From Bacilli bacterium (lineage in GTDB: Bacteria > Bacillota_I > Bacilli_A > RF39 > UBA660): a DNA stretch of 64,000 nucleotides. A program made the translations under genes and the position numbers. Position 1 is the stretch's first letter. Each line of letters starts with the position of its first letter. The stretch spans positions 9,138 to 73,137 of the forward strand of contig JAFQID010000019.1 of the NCBI GenBank assembly GCA_017397685.1. The letters run 5' to 3'. The notes under the pieces were generated by a model. It was not told the DNA's origin, ran no database searches, and worked only from the letters and a program-made list of their open reading frames with translations. Below are positions 10,426 to 20,286 of this stretch, piece after piece.

Positions 10426-10441
10426 TAAAGGAGATCATTTT

Positions 10442-10729
10442 ATGGAAAAAAGAGAATTAGAGATTTTAAAAACATTTTTAGAAAGTGCAGACTTATCGCA
10501 ATTAAATTTACCAGAAGTTAAACGTATGCTTAATGATCTTAATTTAGAGGGAGTAGATTTATCGAAATTAGATTTACCAAAATTAAACTTATCAGAAGTT
10601 AAAACTGTACCTACTGATATTAATTTAGAAGGAGTAGATTTATCAAAATTAAGCTTGCCAACACTTGAAGAAATAAAAGAACAGATTAATAGTTTTGACG
10701 ATACATCTGAAAACGTAAGAAAAAGATAA
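10442..10729 (+). CDS. small hypothetical protein with internal tandem peptide repeats (NLEGVDLSKLxLP)
   Basis: RBS aaaggag upstream of ATG 10442; repeat units visible in the translation. The ORF-track start at 10388 lies inside the repeat element and is probably not the real start. Confidence 0.4.
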   Translation: MEKRELEILKTFLESADLSQLNLPEVKRMLNDLNLEGVDLSKLDLPKLNLSEVKTVPTDINLEGVDLSKLSLPTLEEIKEQINSFDDTSENVRKR

Positions 10730-10786
10730 CGATTGAAAAAAAAGATGTTGTACAAAATTGGCATGTATTTTTAAAATCGTGCCATT

Positions 10787-10847
10787 GAGATTTAGTCGAA
10801 CCAATGTGTTCGTTAGTATGGAACTTGGTACGAAAGTATCAAGTTTT
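10787..10847 (+). repeat. repeat copy B (box plus hairpin acttggtac-gaaa-gtatcaagt plus T-tract)
   Basis: Direct sequence similarity to copy A; 3' of ORF 10442-10729. Confidence 0.6.
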
Positions 10848-10872
10848 TAGTTATATTTAGGAGGTTAGATTT

Positions 10873-11310
10873 ATGAGAACAAATAGTTTAAAACCCAAAA
10901 TTAGTGAATACGATTTTTTAAGATTATTATCTTCAACTATGGTTATGCAAAAGCAAGGTGTTATTATTAATAAATATGATTTAATGCAAAAGTTATGTTA
11001 TTTTTATGATAATCCAAATTTTCACTTTTTGTTTGAAGATGTATGTAAAAGAGAAAATATAGATAGCAATTATTTAGATTTAAATAGTGCTTTTCAAACT
11101 GCATATGCATTTGGCTTGTTAATTTTAATTCGAGATAGTGGAGATGTAAGATTTATTATTGGCTTAACCGAAGAAGAAGCGATCAAAATTATTTCAGAAT
11201 TTAATTCACAAGAGGTAATAGCGATGAATAATTTATGTAATCAATTAAAAAATCTAGAAAAAGAAGATAAATCAGTGGTTTTAACTAAAGCAAAAAATAT
11301 GAAGGAGTAA
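10873..11310 (+). CDS. hypothetical protein
   Basis: 145-aa ORF with RBS ttaggagg; no recognisable domain. Confidence 0.4.
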   Translation: MRTNSLKPKISEYDFLRLLSSTMVMQKQGVIINKYDLMQKLCYFYDNPNFHFLFEDVCKRENIDSNYLDLNSAFQTAYAFGLLILIRDSGDVRFIIGLTEEEAIKIISEFNSQEVIAMNNLCNQLKNLEKEDKSVVLTKAKNMKE

Positions 11311-11387
11311 AATAATAAAAAAATATAAAGTAAAAATTGGCAATCGCCTAAAATTGTTCTAAATTAGAATATACGGAGGAATATTTT

Positions 11388-11840
11388 ATGCAAGAAAAAG
11401 TAATTGATGTAGTTGGTACAATGTTTTTTAAAGATGGCAAACTTTTAATTGATAAACCTAGAAAGAGGCCTACTTTCCAAATGATTGGCGGAAGTGTCGA
11501 AAGTGGAGAAACAGCATTACAAGCCGCTATTAGAGAATGTCACGAAGAATTAGGAGATTATGCAATATTTGATGAAGATAATTTTGAATTTGTAATGGAT
11601 TTTTATGAAATTGCGACAAGTGACCAAACTACAAAAATTCATTTTTATATATTTAAATATAATGGAGAACTAAAAGGTGAAGTAACTACATCTGATGAAA
11701 TTGAAAACTTTATGTGGTTTGGATTAAATGATGATATCAGTATATTGTCTAATACTTTAAAAAATGAAGTTGTTCCATATTGTATCCAAAAAGGATTAAT
11801 ATATAATTTAGAGATTGATAGTAAAAAGAAAAACATCTAA
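11388..11840 (+). CDS. NUDIX hydrolase
   Basis: Nudix box GGSVESGETALQAAIRECHEELG. Confidence 0.7.
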   Translation: MQEKVIDVVGTMFFKDGKLLIDKPRKRPTFQMIGGSVESGETALQAAIRECHEELGDYAIFDEDNFEFVMDFYEIATSDQTTKIHFYIFKYNGELKGEVTTSDEIENFMWFGLNDDISILSNTLKNEVVPYCIQKGLIYNLEIDSKKKNI

Positions 11841-11943
11841 AAAAAATAAAAATTTAAATTAAATTTTAAAATCGTGACGCTAAAAAATGCGTTGTTAATA
11901 TTATGTTAAGTGTTTGATTTTATATTATAAGGGAGGTTTAAGT

Positions 11944-12312
11944 ATGTCTATTGAACATTATTATGGTAAGAAGGAGATTTCAATTAATGAAGATAAATCA
12001 ATTATAATAGAAGAAAAAGGAGAAGACGGATATAGATGGGAAACGGTATCATTTAAGACTGGTCAAGATTTAATGTATGTTGGTACTTATTATACATATG
12101 ATTATTTATGTAGTAAAGAATGGATAAAATATAATGAGAACTATATCGTTTTTTTAATTATGCATAATTATGGTTATGAGTGGTCTGAACCACAAGTTGA
12201 AAAAATATTTGATATGTCTTCCAAACAATTCATTGAAGGCTCTAAAGAACAATTACTTGAGTTTTATCGTGAAAATTTTAATAGCAATATTAAAAAGAGA
12301 GTATTTTCTTAA
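11944..12312 (+). CDS. hypothetical protein
   Basis: RBS gggagg upstream of ATG 11944 (ORF-track start 11914 is probably too early); no domain recognised. Confidence 0.4.
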   Translation: MSIEHYYGKKEISINEDKSIIIEEKGEDGYRWETVSFKTGQDLMYVGTYYTYDYLCSKEWIKYNENYIVFLIMHNYGYEWSEPQVEKIFDMSSKQFIEGSKEQLLEFYRENFNSNIKKRVFS

Positions 12313-12345
12313 AATAAAAAATGTTTAATTAACTTTGGGTGTATT

Positions 12346-12900
12346 ATGAAAGAAACAATAGATTATATTGAAGATAAAAATATTTTAATTAGAGATGATT
12401 GGTTTTATCATGCTATGCCTTTTTCTAAGAAAAATTACACTAGCGCTTTAAATAATGGTATATTATCGCCCTATTTACTTTCATGTCATAATAGCTCATA
12501 TAGATATGTTTTTGTAAGTCGTAAAAATCAAAATAGTAAGCATAGTGCTTTTGAGAACTATTCTATATATCCTAATTTTATTATTAATAATAATATTCAT
12601 GGAATTAAAGCTACTGATTCTTTTATTAAAAAATTATTTTATGGTGGTTATCATGGCCTTAGGTTTACTTCATTATATGATGATGAATATCAGGTATATA
12701 AAAAAATAGGGCCAGAGCAAATAATAGGATTTTTATTTAATTTGGAAAAATTAACTAATAAGTATGATAAAAGATATTATTTTAAAATGCTTTGTGACTT
12801 AGTTGTTTTATTAAATGAATTAGATTTATCTCTTCCTATAGTCGATTATTATACAAGCAAGGAAATTAATAAGCAAAAAATATTATCTTTAATAAAATAA
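12346..12900 (+). CDS. hypothetical protein
   Basis: 184-aa ORF; followed by repeat copy C. Confidence 0.4.
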   Translation: MKETIDYIEDKNILIRDDWFYHAMPFSKKNYTSALNNGILSPYLLSCHNSSYRYVFVSRKNQNSKHSAFENYSIYPNFIINNNIHGIKATDSFIKKLFYGGYHGLRFTSLYDDEYQVYKKIGPEQIIGFLFNLEKLTNKYDKRYYFKMLCDLVVLLNELDLSLPIVDYYTSKEINKQKILSLIK

Positions 12901-12913
12901 AAAGATAAAAAAT

Positions 12914-12942
12914 AACTTGGCACGTAAAAGTATCAAGTTTTA
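12914..12942 (+). repeat. repeat copy C (partial: hairpin/T-tract portion aacttggcacgtaaaagtatcaagtttta)
   Basis: Similarity to the 3' halves of copies A and B. Confidence 0.5.
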
Positions 12943-13037
12943 TTTTGTTAATTTATAGTTTTTATTTTATTTATTTGATATAATCATTAATAGATTTATG
13001 ATATAAGAATATTATAATTGTTAGTGTGAGGTGTAAT

Positions 13038-14762
13038 ATGAAAGAATTATGGGGTAATTTAAAGTTTGCTTGGAAATATACTAAAGATCAAAAAGCGAAT
13101 TTAATAAAATATGTTATTGCAACTATAGTATCTATTGGTATTAATCTTGTTCTTCCTATTTTAAGTGCCAGGATTATAACTGAATTAACTACTAATTTGT
13201 CTATTCAATTAGTTGTTATTGCTTTAATTATTTTTATTGTTGAAAATTTATTTAATATTACACGTTATTTTACTGATATATATATGCAAAGGGTTTATCG
13301 TGAAACCTTTACTAAAATTCAAACTGAACTAGGCTCTTGTATTTTAAAATTAGAAAATAAAGTTTTAGATGAGAATGGTACAGGAGTATTTATACAAAGA
13401 TTAACTAATGATACAAGTAGACTTGCTGATATATTTAATGTTCTTAATATTTATTTATCTAATTTTATAACTAATGTAGGAATTTTCATAGCTGTTTTTT
13501 TAATTAATAAAGTGGTTTTTCTTTATTTAGTTGTATCTATATCTATTATGTTTTGGATTGAAAGAACCAGAACTAAGAAAACTATTGCAATAGATAAAGT
13601 TTATAGAAAAAAAAGCGAAAAAGTGACAGGCTTTGTTGGAGAAATAGTTAGAGGGGCAAGAGATATAAAAATGCTTAATTCTGAGAGTAGTTTTATTAAT
13701 GCTTTAAATAAGAAAATTTTAGATACTAATAAAACTAGATATGAGTTTACAGAAGTTCGTGCTAATTATGTTTTACTTGGCGGGTTCGCTTCTGATACTT
13801 CTTATTTTTTACTTATTGTTCTTTTATTTATGTTAATGATTAATGATTATTTAAGTATACCTATGGCTTTAGTTGTGTATAATTATTCAACAAGGCTTGA
13901 TGGTTTTATTTACTGGTTTGGACAACTAATTGAAAAAGTTAAAGATTTTAATTTATCCGCTTCTAGAGTGTTTGAAATTATCAATGGAAAGAAGTTTAAA
14001 AAAGAATCTTTTGGAACTATGCATTTAGATAAAGTGAATGGTGATTTTGAATTTAAAAATGTTGCTTTTGCTTATGGTAAGAATAAAGTTTTAAATGATG
14101 TTAGTTTCAAAATTAATGCTAATGAAACTGTCGCATTTGTTGGTAAGAGTGGTTCTGGAAAAACTACTATATTTAATTTACTTTGTAAGATGTATGATAT
14201 TGATAAAGGTGAGATATTAATTGACGGCATTAATATTAAAAAACTTGATAGAGAGTCAATTAGAGGTAACATCACTATTATTAGTCAAAATCCTTATATT
14301 TTTAATTTAAGTATTAAAGAAAATTTAAAATTAGTTAAAGAAGATTTAACTAATAAAGAAATGATAGAAGCTTGTAAAGTTGCATGTTTACACGATTTTA
14401 TTATGAGTCTTCCTAAAAAATATGATACTTTAATCGGAGAAGGTGGTGTTAATTTATCTGGTGGGCAGAAGCAAAGACTTGCTATTGCTAGAGCTTTAGT
14501 ACAAAAAACTGAAATTATTTTATTTGATGAAGCTACTAGTGCTCTTGATAATGAAACTCAGGAAAGTATTCAAAAAGCCATTGAAAATATGAAGAATGAG
14601 TATACTATTTTAATTATAGCTCATAGATTATCTACTATTATAAATTGTGATAGAATCCTCTTATTAGATAGTGGAAAGATTGTTGCTGAAGGGACTCATC
14701 AAAAACTATTAAAAAAATCTAAAATTTATAAAAATTTATATGAATCTGAAATTAAAGAATAA
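13038..14762 (+). CDS. ABC transporter, fused permease/ATP-binding protein (exporter type)
   Basis: Six N-terminal TM segments; Walker A GKSGSGKTT; signature LSGGQKQR; Walker B ILFDEATSALD; H-loop IAHRL. Confidence 0.85.
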   Translation: MKELWGNLKFAWKYTKDQKANLIKYVIATIVSIGINLVLPILSARIITELTTNLSIQLVVIALIIFIVENLFNITRYFTDIYMQRVYRETFTKIQTELGSCILKLENKVLDENGTGVFIQRLTNDTSRLADIFNVLNIYLSNFITNVGIFIAVFLINKVVFLYLVVSISIMFWIERTRTKKTIAIDKVYRKKSEKVTGFVGEIVRGARDIKMLNSESSFINALNKKILDTNKTRYEFTEVRANYVLLGGFASDTSYFLLIVLLFMLMINDYLSIPMALVVYNYSTRLDGFIYWFGQLIEKVKDFNLSASRVFEIINGKKFKKESFGTMHLDKVNGDFEFKNVAFAYGKNKVLNDVSFKINANETVAFVGKSGSGKTTIFNLLCKMYDIDKGEILIDGINIKKLDRESIRGNITIISQNPYIFNLSIKENLKLVKEDLTNKEMIEACKVACLHDFIMSLPKKYDTLIGEGGVNLSGGQKQRLAIARALVQKTEIILFDEATSALDNETQESIQKAIENMKNEYTILIIAHRLSTIINCDRILLLDSGKIVAEGTHQKLLKKSKIYKNLYESEIKE

Positions 14763-14810
14763 TATTTTATTTAAGTATGTGTTATAATATTTTTAGAATA
14801 GAGGGAGTAT

Positions 14811-15281
14811 ATGGCTAATATTATTAAAATTAATTTAAATGAAAAAAGCGATTATGTTAGTAAGTTTAATAATAATATTTTATCTTCAGAGTTAAATCAG
14901 TATATTTTAGAAGAATGTAAAGGATATTCACTTGGTAGTGAAATAGTAATGGAAATTTCTTGTAATTATGAGATGAATTCCAGCGAAAAAGGTAAAATAA
15001 TTGATATGATAAGATCTGGTTTCGGAACCGAAATAAGTGAAATGCTAGTTAATAGAAAAAGAAATATTATTATAGACATATTTGTTTTTATAGCGGGTAT
15101 TTTTGCTATTATTGCTAATATTATTTTTTCTGATTTTCCAATTATTTCAGAGTTTACTTTAGTTGTAAGTTGGGTGCTTATTTGGGAAGGAGTTCACGAT
15201 TTAATATTTCATGGCTTTAAAAATAAAGTTGATATTGAAAGAAAAAGACAATTGACTAAATGTAAAATTATTTTCAAATAA
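14811..15281 (+). CDS. hypothetical membrane protein
   Basis: 156 aa with two central TM helices; located just after the ABC exporter. Confidence 0.4.
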   Translation: MANIIKINLNEKSDYVSKFNNNILSSELNQYILEECKGYSLGSEIVMEISCNYEMNSSEKGKIIDMIRSGFGTEISEMLVNRKRNIIIDIFVFIAGIFAIIANIIFSDFPIISEFTLVVSWVLIWEGVHDLIFHGFKNKVDIERKRQLTKCKIIFK

Positions 15282-15307
15282 AAACTCTAATTATATTTTT
15301 AGAGTTT

Positions 15308-15667
15308 TTAATATAGTTTATCATTAAAAATATTTATAATCCATGTTATTAAGGTTAGGATTATTGCTATTACAATTATTATCTTTTTGTGTTTTTTTGC
15401 GAAGTTTTCTATTAAGTGCTCTTTTTTAATAAGTAATAGTATAACATATATTATTACGATTATTGAAATTGGTAATATTAATATATTATATTTTAAACTT
15501 TCTAATATTTTTCCTTTTAATAATAATTTTAAAGCTCTTGTAAGTCCACATCCTGGGCATGGAATATGAAATAAATTAAAAAGCGGACAAAATCTTATAC
15601 CAAAATAATAAAAGATTATGGCCGTAATTAAAACTATTAATAATGTAATAATTTTATTTTTTCTCAT
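15308..15667 (-). CDS. DUF2752-like small membrane protein (CPxCG motif)
   Basis: FCPLFNLFHIPCPGCGLTRA motif; 119 aa with three TM segments. Confidence 0.5.
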   Translation of the reverse strand: MRKNKIITLLIVLITAIIFYYFGIRFCPLFNLFHIPCPGCGLTRALKLLLKGKILESLKYNILILPISIIVIIYVILLLIKKEHLIENFAKKHKKIIIVIAIILTLITWIINIFNDKLY

Positions 15668-15669
15668 TC

Positions 15670-16026
15670 TTATAAGAACATTGAAATAGTTTCAAAGTTT
15701 TTTTGTTTAGCTTTTTTACTTACTGAAAACCAGTCTATTATGGTTAAAATTCCACAGCATCCACATGTTAAAAGTTTTAAAACTCCTATACCTGTGTCAC
15801 CTAACATAAATCTGTCTACTCCAAGTCCTCCTAAAAATATTGATATTAATAAAAGTGTTGTAGGATCTTTTAACTCAGTTGCTTGTAATGTTAAAAATTT
15901 GTCATCAGTTGATTTAAGTAATTTTTCTCTTAATAGAGGAATTACTGTTGGTTCAAAATATTTAGCATTTGTAGTTAAATATAAGTCTACTTTTTGTTGA
16001 TCCATAATTTTTTTTACTCCTTTCAT
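15670..16026 (-). CDS. TM2-domain protein
   Basis: LGGLGVDRFMLGD motif typical of TM2 domains. Confidence 0.5.
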   Translation of the reverse strand: MKGVKKIMDQQKVDLYLTTNAKYFEPTVIPLLREKLLKSTDDKFLTLQATELKDPTTLLLISIFLGGLGVDRFMLGDTGIGVLKLLTCGCCGILTIIDWFSVSKKAKQKNFETISMFL

Positions 16027-16116
16027 TTTAATTATATCATATTTTTTATATTTATCTATATTTTTTATTATGTAGATATGTTATAGTTTATTTTTTTTAT
16101 AAATAGTGGTATAATC

Positions 16117-18624
16117 TTGTTGTTTAAAAAGAGGGATATTATGAATAATAAGAAGAAAGATTTTATTGCTATTGGTATTTATTGTTTAATCACTATAGTT
16201 ATGGTTTTACTAACTATTAAGGGTAAATATTTATATGGTTCTACGCTAGATTTTGAGTCTCAACATTTTAGAATACCCGAATATTTTAGATTACTTTTTT
16301 ATAACACTCATGATTTATTTCCTGATTTTGCTTTAAATTTGGGTGGTGGACAAAATATTTATAATTTATCTTATTATGGTTTTTTAAGTCCCGTTATATT
16401 ACTTTCTTATATTATGCCTAATGTTAGTATGTTAACGTTTATTAATGTATCAAGCGTTTTACTTGTTTTGATAAGTTCTGTACTTTTTTATTTCTTTTTA
16501 AAGACTAAGGAGTTTGATTTTAAAATATGTTTCCTTTGTGGATTAATATTTTTATGTGCTTCTCCTTTATTATTTCATACTCATAGACATATCATGTATG
16601 TCAATTATATGCCATTTTTAATACTTGGTTTGTTTGGGGTTGATAGATTATTAAAAAATAATAAAAGTTTATTGTTAATTATATCTGTGTTTTTGATGAT
16701 TATGACTAGTTATTATTTTAGTGTTAGTGGGATATTAGTTTTAGTTGTTTATGGAATATATAATATTTTGGATAAAAAAATAAGTTTTAAAACTTTTGTC
16801 AAATCATTTATTAAATTATGTATTCCAATATTTATTGCAGTTTTAATGTCTAGTGCGCTGATTGTTCCTACTTTTTATGCTTTATTAGTAAATAGAAGTG
16901 ATACGGTGGTTAATATTAGTATTCTTGATTTAATTATACCTAAAATGAATAATAATTATATTTTTTATTATCAATATGGTTTAGGTCTTTCTTCGATTGT
17001 TTTGTTTAGTTTATGCAATTGTATGTTTAGTAATAGAAATAATAAAAAATATCTATCAATTTTGCTTTTTATGTTTATTTTATTCCCATTTTTCAATTAT
17101 TTTATAAATGCCACTATGTATATTGATTCTAAAGTTTTGATTCCTTTTTTACCTCTTTATGTTTTAATTATTGCTTATAGTTTAAAAGATATTTTTTCCG
17201 CTAATGTTAATAAAAAGATTTATTTAGTTTTCTTAGTATTCGTTATTTTTGCTGTTTTTGGAAAGAATGGTAAGTTTATAATTATCGATAGTACTCTTTT
17301 AATAATAAGTTTACTGCTTTGTATTAAGTTTAAAAAGCGATTTATTATACCTTGTTATATAATTATAAGTTCTATAAGTATTAGTTTAATAGTAAACAAT
17401 TCTGATAATTTGATTGTTAATGATGAAGAATATGTTAATTCTTTTAAAGATATTAAAGAGGTAGTTAAAAATATTGTTAATAATGATGATGATGTTTATA
17501 GAATTAGTGTTCAAGAAAATAAACTTCAAAATATTAATAATGTTTTTGATATAAATTATTATAGTTCAACTATTTATTCTTCACTTAATAATCAATTATA
17601 TAATTCTTATTATTATGATTATATGACTAATGAAATTCAAAGTAGAAATAGATCTATTGTTTCTTCTGTTAATAATAATTTGTTCTTACTAGCTAGTGGT
17701 AATAAATATATTGTAAGTAATGGAAGAAAGCTAATTGGTTATAATTTTGTAGAAAGATTTAATGGTTATAATGTTTATAAAAATGATAATATATTACCGC
17801 TAGGGTATGTAAGTAATAATTTTTTATCTAATGAAAGTTTTGATAATCTTAATAAGAGTGATAAAAAAATTGCTTTGTATAGAAACGTTATTGTTGATGA
17901 TTTTGATGTTAATAATTATGTTAGTTATTTAAGTAAATTAGATGTTGATTTTAATGATTTTACTAGTAATAATGTTAAGATAAATAAACTAGAAAATGGA
18001 TATGTTGTTAAAGCTAGCGAGGATACTATTATTAATATACCTTTATCTGATAAGTTAAATGATAAAATAATGTTTATTAATTTTGATGTATTAAAATCTT
18101 GGAAATGTAAGTATGGAGATTTAATTGTTGAAATAAATGGGGTTGTTAATAAACTAACTTGTGGAAATTGGAAGTATCACAACAATAATTATAACTTTGA
18201 GTATGTTATTGCTGATGATAATAGAAAAGGTATTGATATAAAATTAAAGAAAGGCGAATATTATGTTGATAATTTAGAGGTTTATTATGCTAATTATGAA
18301 AATATTTTGTTTAATGATTATGACAAGTTTAATGTTAGTGAAATAAATGGAGATATTATTTATGGTAATATTAATAGCCGTAGAAATGGGTATTTTGTTT
18401 TGAATATTCCTTATGATGAAGGCTTTATTATTAAGGTTGATGGAAATAAGATAAATTATAAAAGTGTTAATAAAGGGTTGATAGGTTTTAAAATTAATAG
18501 TGGATATCATGATATTGAAATAGAATATAAAGCCCCTTATAAGAATATTGGAATTATACTATCTGTTATAGGATTTACTTGGTTTGGTATATATATATTT
18601 ATTGAAAAAAGAAAAAGATTTTGA
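16117..18624 (+). CDS. YfhO-like polytopic membrane protein (putative glycosyltransferase for teichoic acid/glycan decoration)
   Basis: 835 aa: about 13 TM segments N-terminally, a large Asn-rich extracytoplasmic C-terminal domain and a final TM; this architecture resembles YfhO-family proteins. Confidence 0.5.
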   Translation: MLFKKRDIMNNKKKDFIAIGIYCLITIVMVLLTIKGKYLYGSTLDFESQHFRIPEYFRLLFYNTHDLFPDFALNLGGGQNIYNLSYYGFLSPVILLSYIMPNVSMLTFINVSSVLLVLISSVLFYFFLKTKEFDFKICFLCGLIFLCASPLLFHTHRHIMYVNYMPFLILGLFGVDRLLKNNKSLLLIISVFLMIMTSYYFSVSGILVLVVYGIYNILDKKISFKTFVKSFIKLCIPIFIAVLMSSALIVPTFYALLVNRSDTVVNISILDLIIPKMNNNYIFYYQYGLGLSSIVLFSLCNCMFSNRNNKKYLSILLFMFILFPFFNYFINATMYIDSKVLIPFLPLYVLIIAYSLKDIFSANVNKKIYLVFLVFVIFAVFGKNGKFIIIDSTLLIISLLLCIKFKKRFIIPCYIIISSISISLIVNNSDNLIVNDEEYVNSFKDIKEVVKNIVNNDDDVYRISVQENKLQNINNVFDINYYSSTIYSSLNNQLYNSYYYDYMTNEIQSRNRSIVSSVNNNLFLLASGNKYIVSNGRKLIGYNFVERFNGYNVYKNDNILPLGYVSNNFLSNESFDNLNKSDKKIALYRNVIVDDFDVNNYVSYLSKLDVDFNDFTSNNVKINKLENGYVVKASEDTIINIPLSDKLNDKIMFINFDVLKSWKCKYGDLIVEINGVVNKLTCGNWKYHNNNYNFEYVIADDNRKGIDIKLKKGEYYVDNLEVYYANYENILFNDYDKFNVSEINGDIIYGNINSRRNGYFVLNIPYDEGFIIKVDGNKINYKSVNKGLIGFKINSGYHDIEIEYKAPYKNIGIILSVIGFTWFGIYIFIEKRKRF

Positions 18625-18681
18625 TATTAAAGTCAAAGTCTTTTTATAACTATTTTTATTTGTTAACATATAATATTTTAG

Positions 18682-19113
18682 GTGGTTTGTATGCTTGTTA
18701 AATACACTGATAAAGAACTTGATTTATGTGCGAGATTAATGAGAGCTGAAGCTCTTGGCGAAGGTGACCTTGGCATGCTTATGGTAGGAAACGTGATAGT
18801 TAATAGAGTTATTGCTGATTGTTTAACATTTAAAAATGTTAGAAGCGTTTATGATGTTATTTATCAAAAGAATCAATTTGTCGGTACGACTAGTCCTTTA
18901 TTTCAAAGTTCTGCGACTACGAAAGAGAAAGAACTTGCTAAGAGGGTTTTAAAAGGAGAATATTATCATCCAGCAACTAATGCTTTGTGGTTTTATTCGC
19001 CTAGTGGTAGTAATAACTGTAAGAGCACATGGTATGATCAAGGTTTTTCTGGAAGATATAAAAAACATTGTTTTTATGAGCCCGATCCTGGAGTATGTGA
19101 AAAGATTCATTAA
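18682..19113 (+). CDS. cell-wall hydrolase, SleB/CwlJ family (spore cortex-lytic enzyme domain)
   Basis: ARLMRAEALGEG...MLMVGNVIVNRV...VIYQKNQF matches the Hydrolase_2 (SleB/CwlJ) signature blocks. Confidence 0.7.
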   Translation: MVCMLVKYTDKELDLCARLMRAEALGEGDLGMLMVGNVIVNRVIADCLTFKNVRSVYDVIYQKNQFVGTTSPLFQSSATTKEKELAKRVLKGEYYHPATNALWFYSPSGSNNCKSTWYDQGFSGRYKKHCFYEPDPGVCEKIH

Positions 19114-19123
19114 TTTATATTAA

Positions 19124-19148
19124 AAAACTCACTAATTTAAAGTGAGTT
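19124..19148. terminator. bidirectional rho-independent terminator (aaactcact-aatttaa-agtgagttt)
   Basis: 9-bp perfect stem flanked by A/T tracts, between convergent genes. Confidence 0.6.
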
Positions 19149-20247
19149 TTAGTTTGTTGGTATAAGTAATGTATCGCCTATTTGAAGATTACTATTTGTT
19201 AAGTTATTTATAGTCATTAGTTGTCCAACAGTAGTTCCATATTTGTTTGCTATTTTCCATAGTGAGTCTCCTTTTTCAACTATATATGTATTATAGTTTG
19301 TTGATCCTGGTATTTTTAGTATTTGTCCGATTTGTAATGTGTTTGATGAAAGATTGTTTAAATCTTTTATATTTTGCACGGTTGTTCCATATTTGTTTGC
19401 AATTGAATATAAATTATCTCCACTTTGTACTATATAGTTTATTTCTCCAGTTGATTGGCTTGGTATTTTTAATATGTCTCCTATATTTATTATGTTGGAT
19501 GTTAGGTTATTCTCTTGTTTTAATTCATCAAGTGTAATACCATATTTTTTTGCTATATCATATAAAGTGTCTCCACTTTTTACTGTGTACATATCGCTTT
19601 GCTCTATTTGATTTGTTTTAGGAACTAAGATTTGCTGGTTAATTGTTAGAGAATTTGATGTTAGATTATTAATATTCATAAGCGTTTGAACTGTTGTATC
19701 ATATTCTTTTGCAATAGACCATAGTGAGTCTCCTTTTTTTACTTTGTATATTAAATAATCTTCAGGGACTATTTCTTCTTCAGATGTGGATATTTTTAAT
19801 GTATCACCAACTTTTATTGTGTTTGATGTTAAGTTATTTAATTCTTTTAACTTTGATACTGTTATGCCAAATTTGTTTGCAATTGTCCATAGTGAGTCTC
19901 CTTTTTGAATTGTGTAATATCCACTATCTTGCGGAGCGGTATATGGTATGTTTTTATAGTCTGCTACTGCTCTTACTACAGCTTCTGCATATTTTTCATA
20001 ATTTTTCTTTATTTGTTCTATGTCATCTTTCGGGCTGTCTAAAAATCCATATTCAACAGTTATAGTTTCGTTATTTGGTGTATTTCTTTGCATAAAGTAA
20101 TAATCTTTTACCGGATTACTTGGGAGTCGTTGTTGATATGCTTTTCTTATATTTTGCCCCTCTTTAGATAGTTCGCCAAGTATTTTGTCAGATAGATCGG
20201 AAGTATTTCTAAGGGCGTAGATTACTTCAGCACCATCGCCACCTCGG
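19149..20247 (-). pseudogene. C-terminal portion of an interrupted N-acetylmuramoyl-L-alanine amidase (Amidase_3 C-terminal half plus 5 LysM repeats); no start codon of its own
   Basis: ...RGGDGAEVIYALRN...ITVEYGFLDSPKDD matches the C-terminal half of Amidase_3; five LysM units (Y.V..GDSLW.IA.KYG). The frame continues from the N-terminal fragment at 26528-26803 once 20248-26527 is removed. Confidence 0.75.
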
Positions 20248-20286
20248 TCACAAAAAATACGTAGCAACTGAATTAAAAAAAAATAA

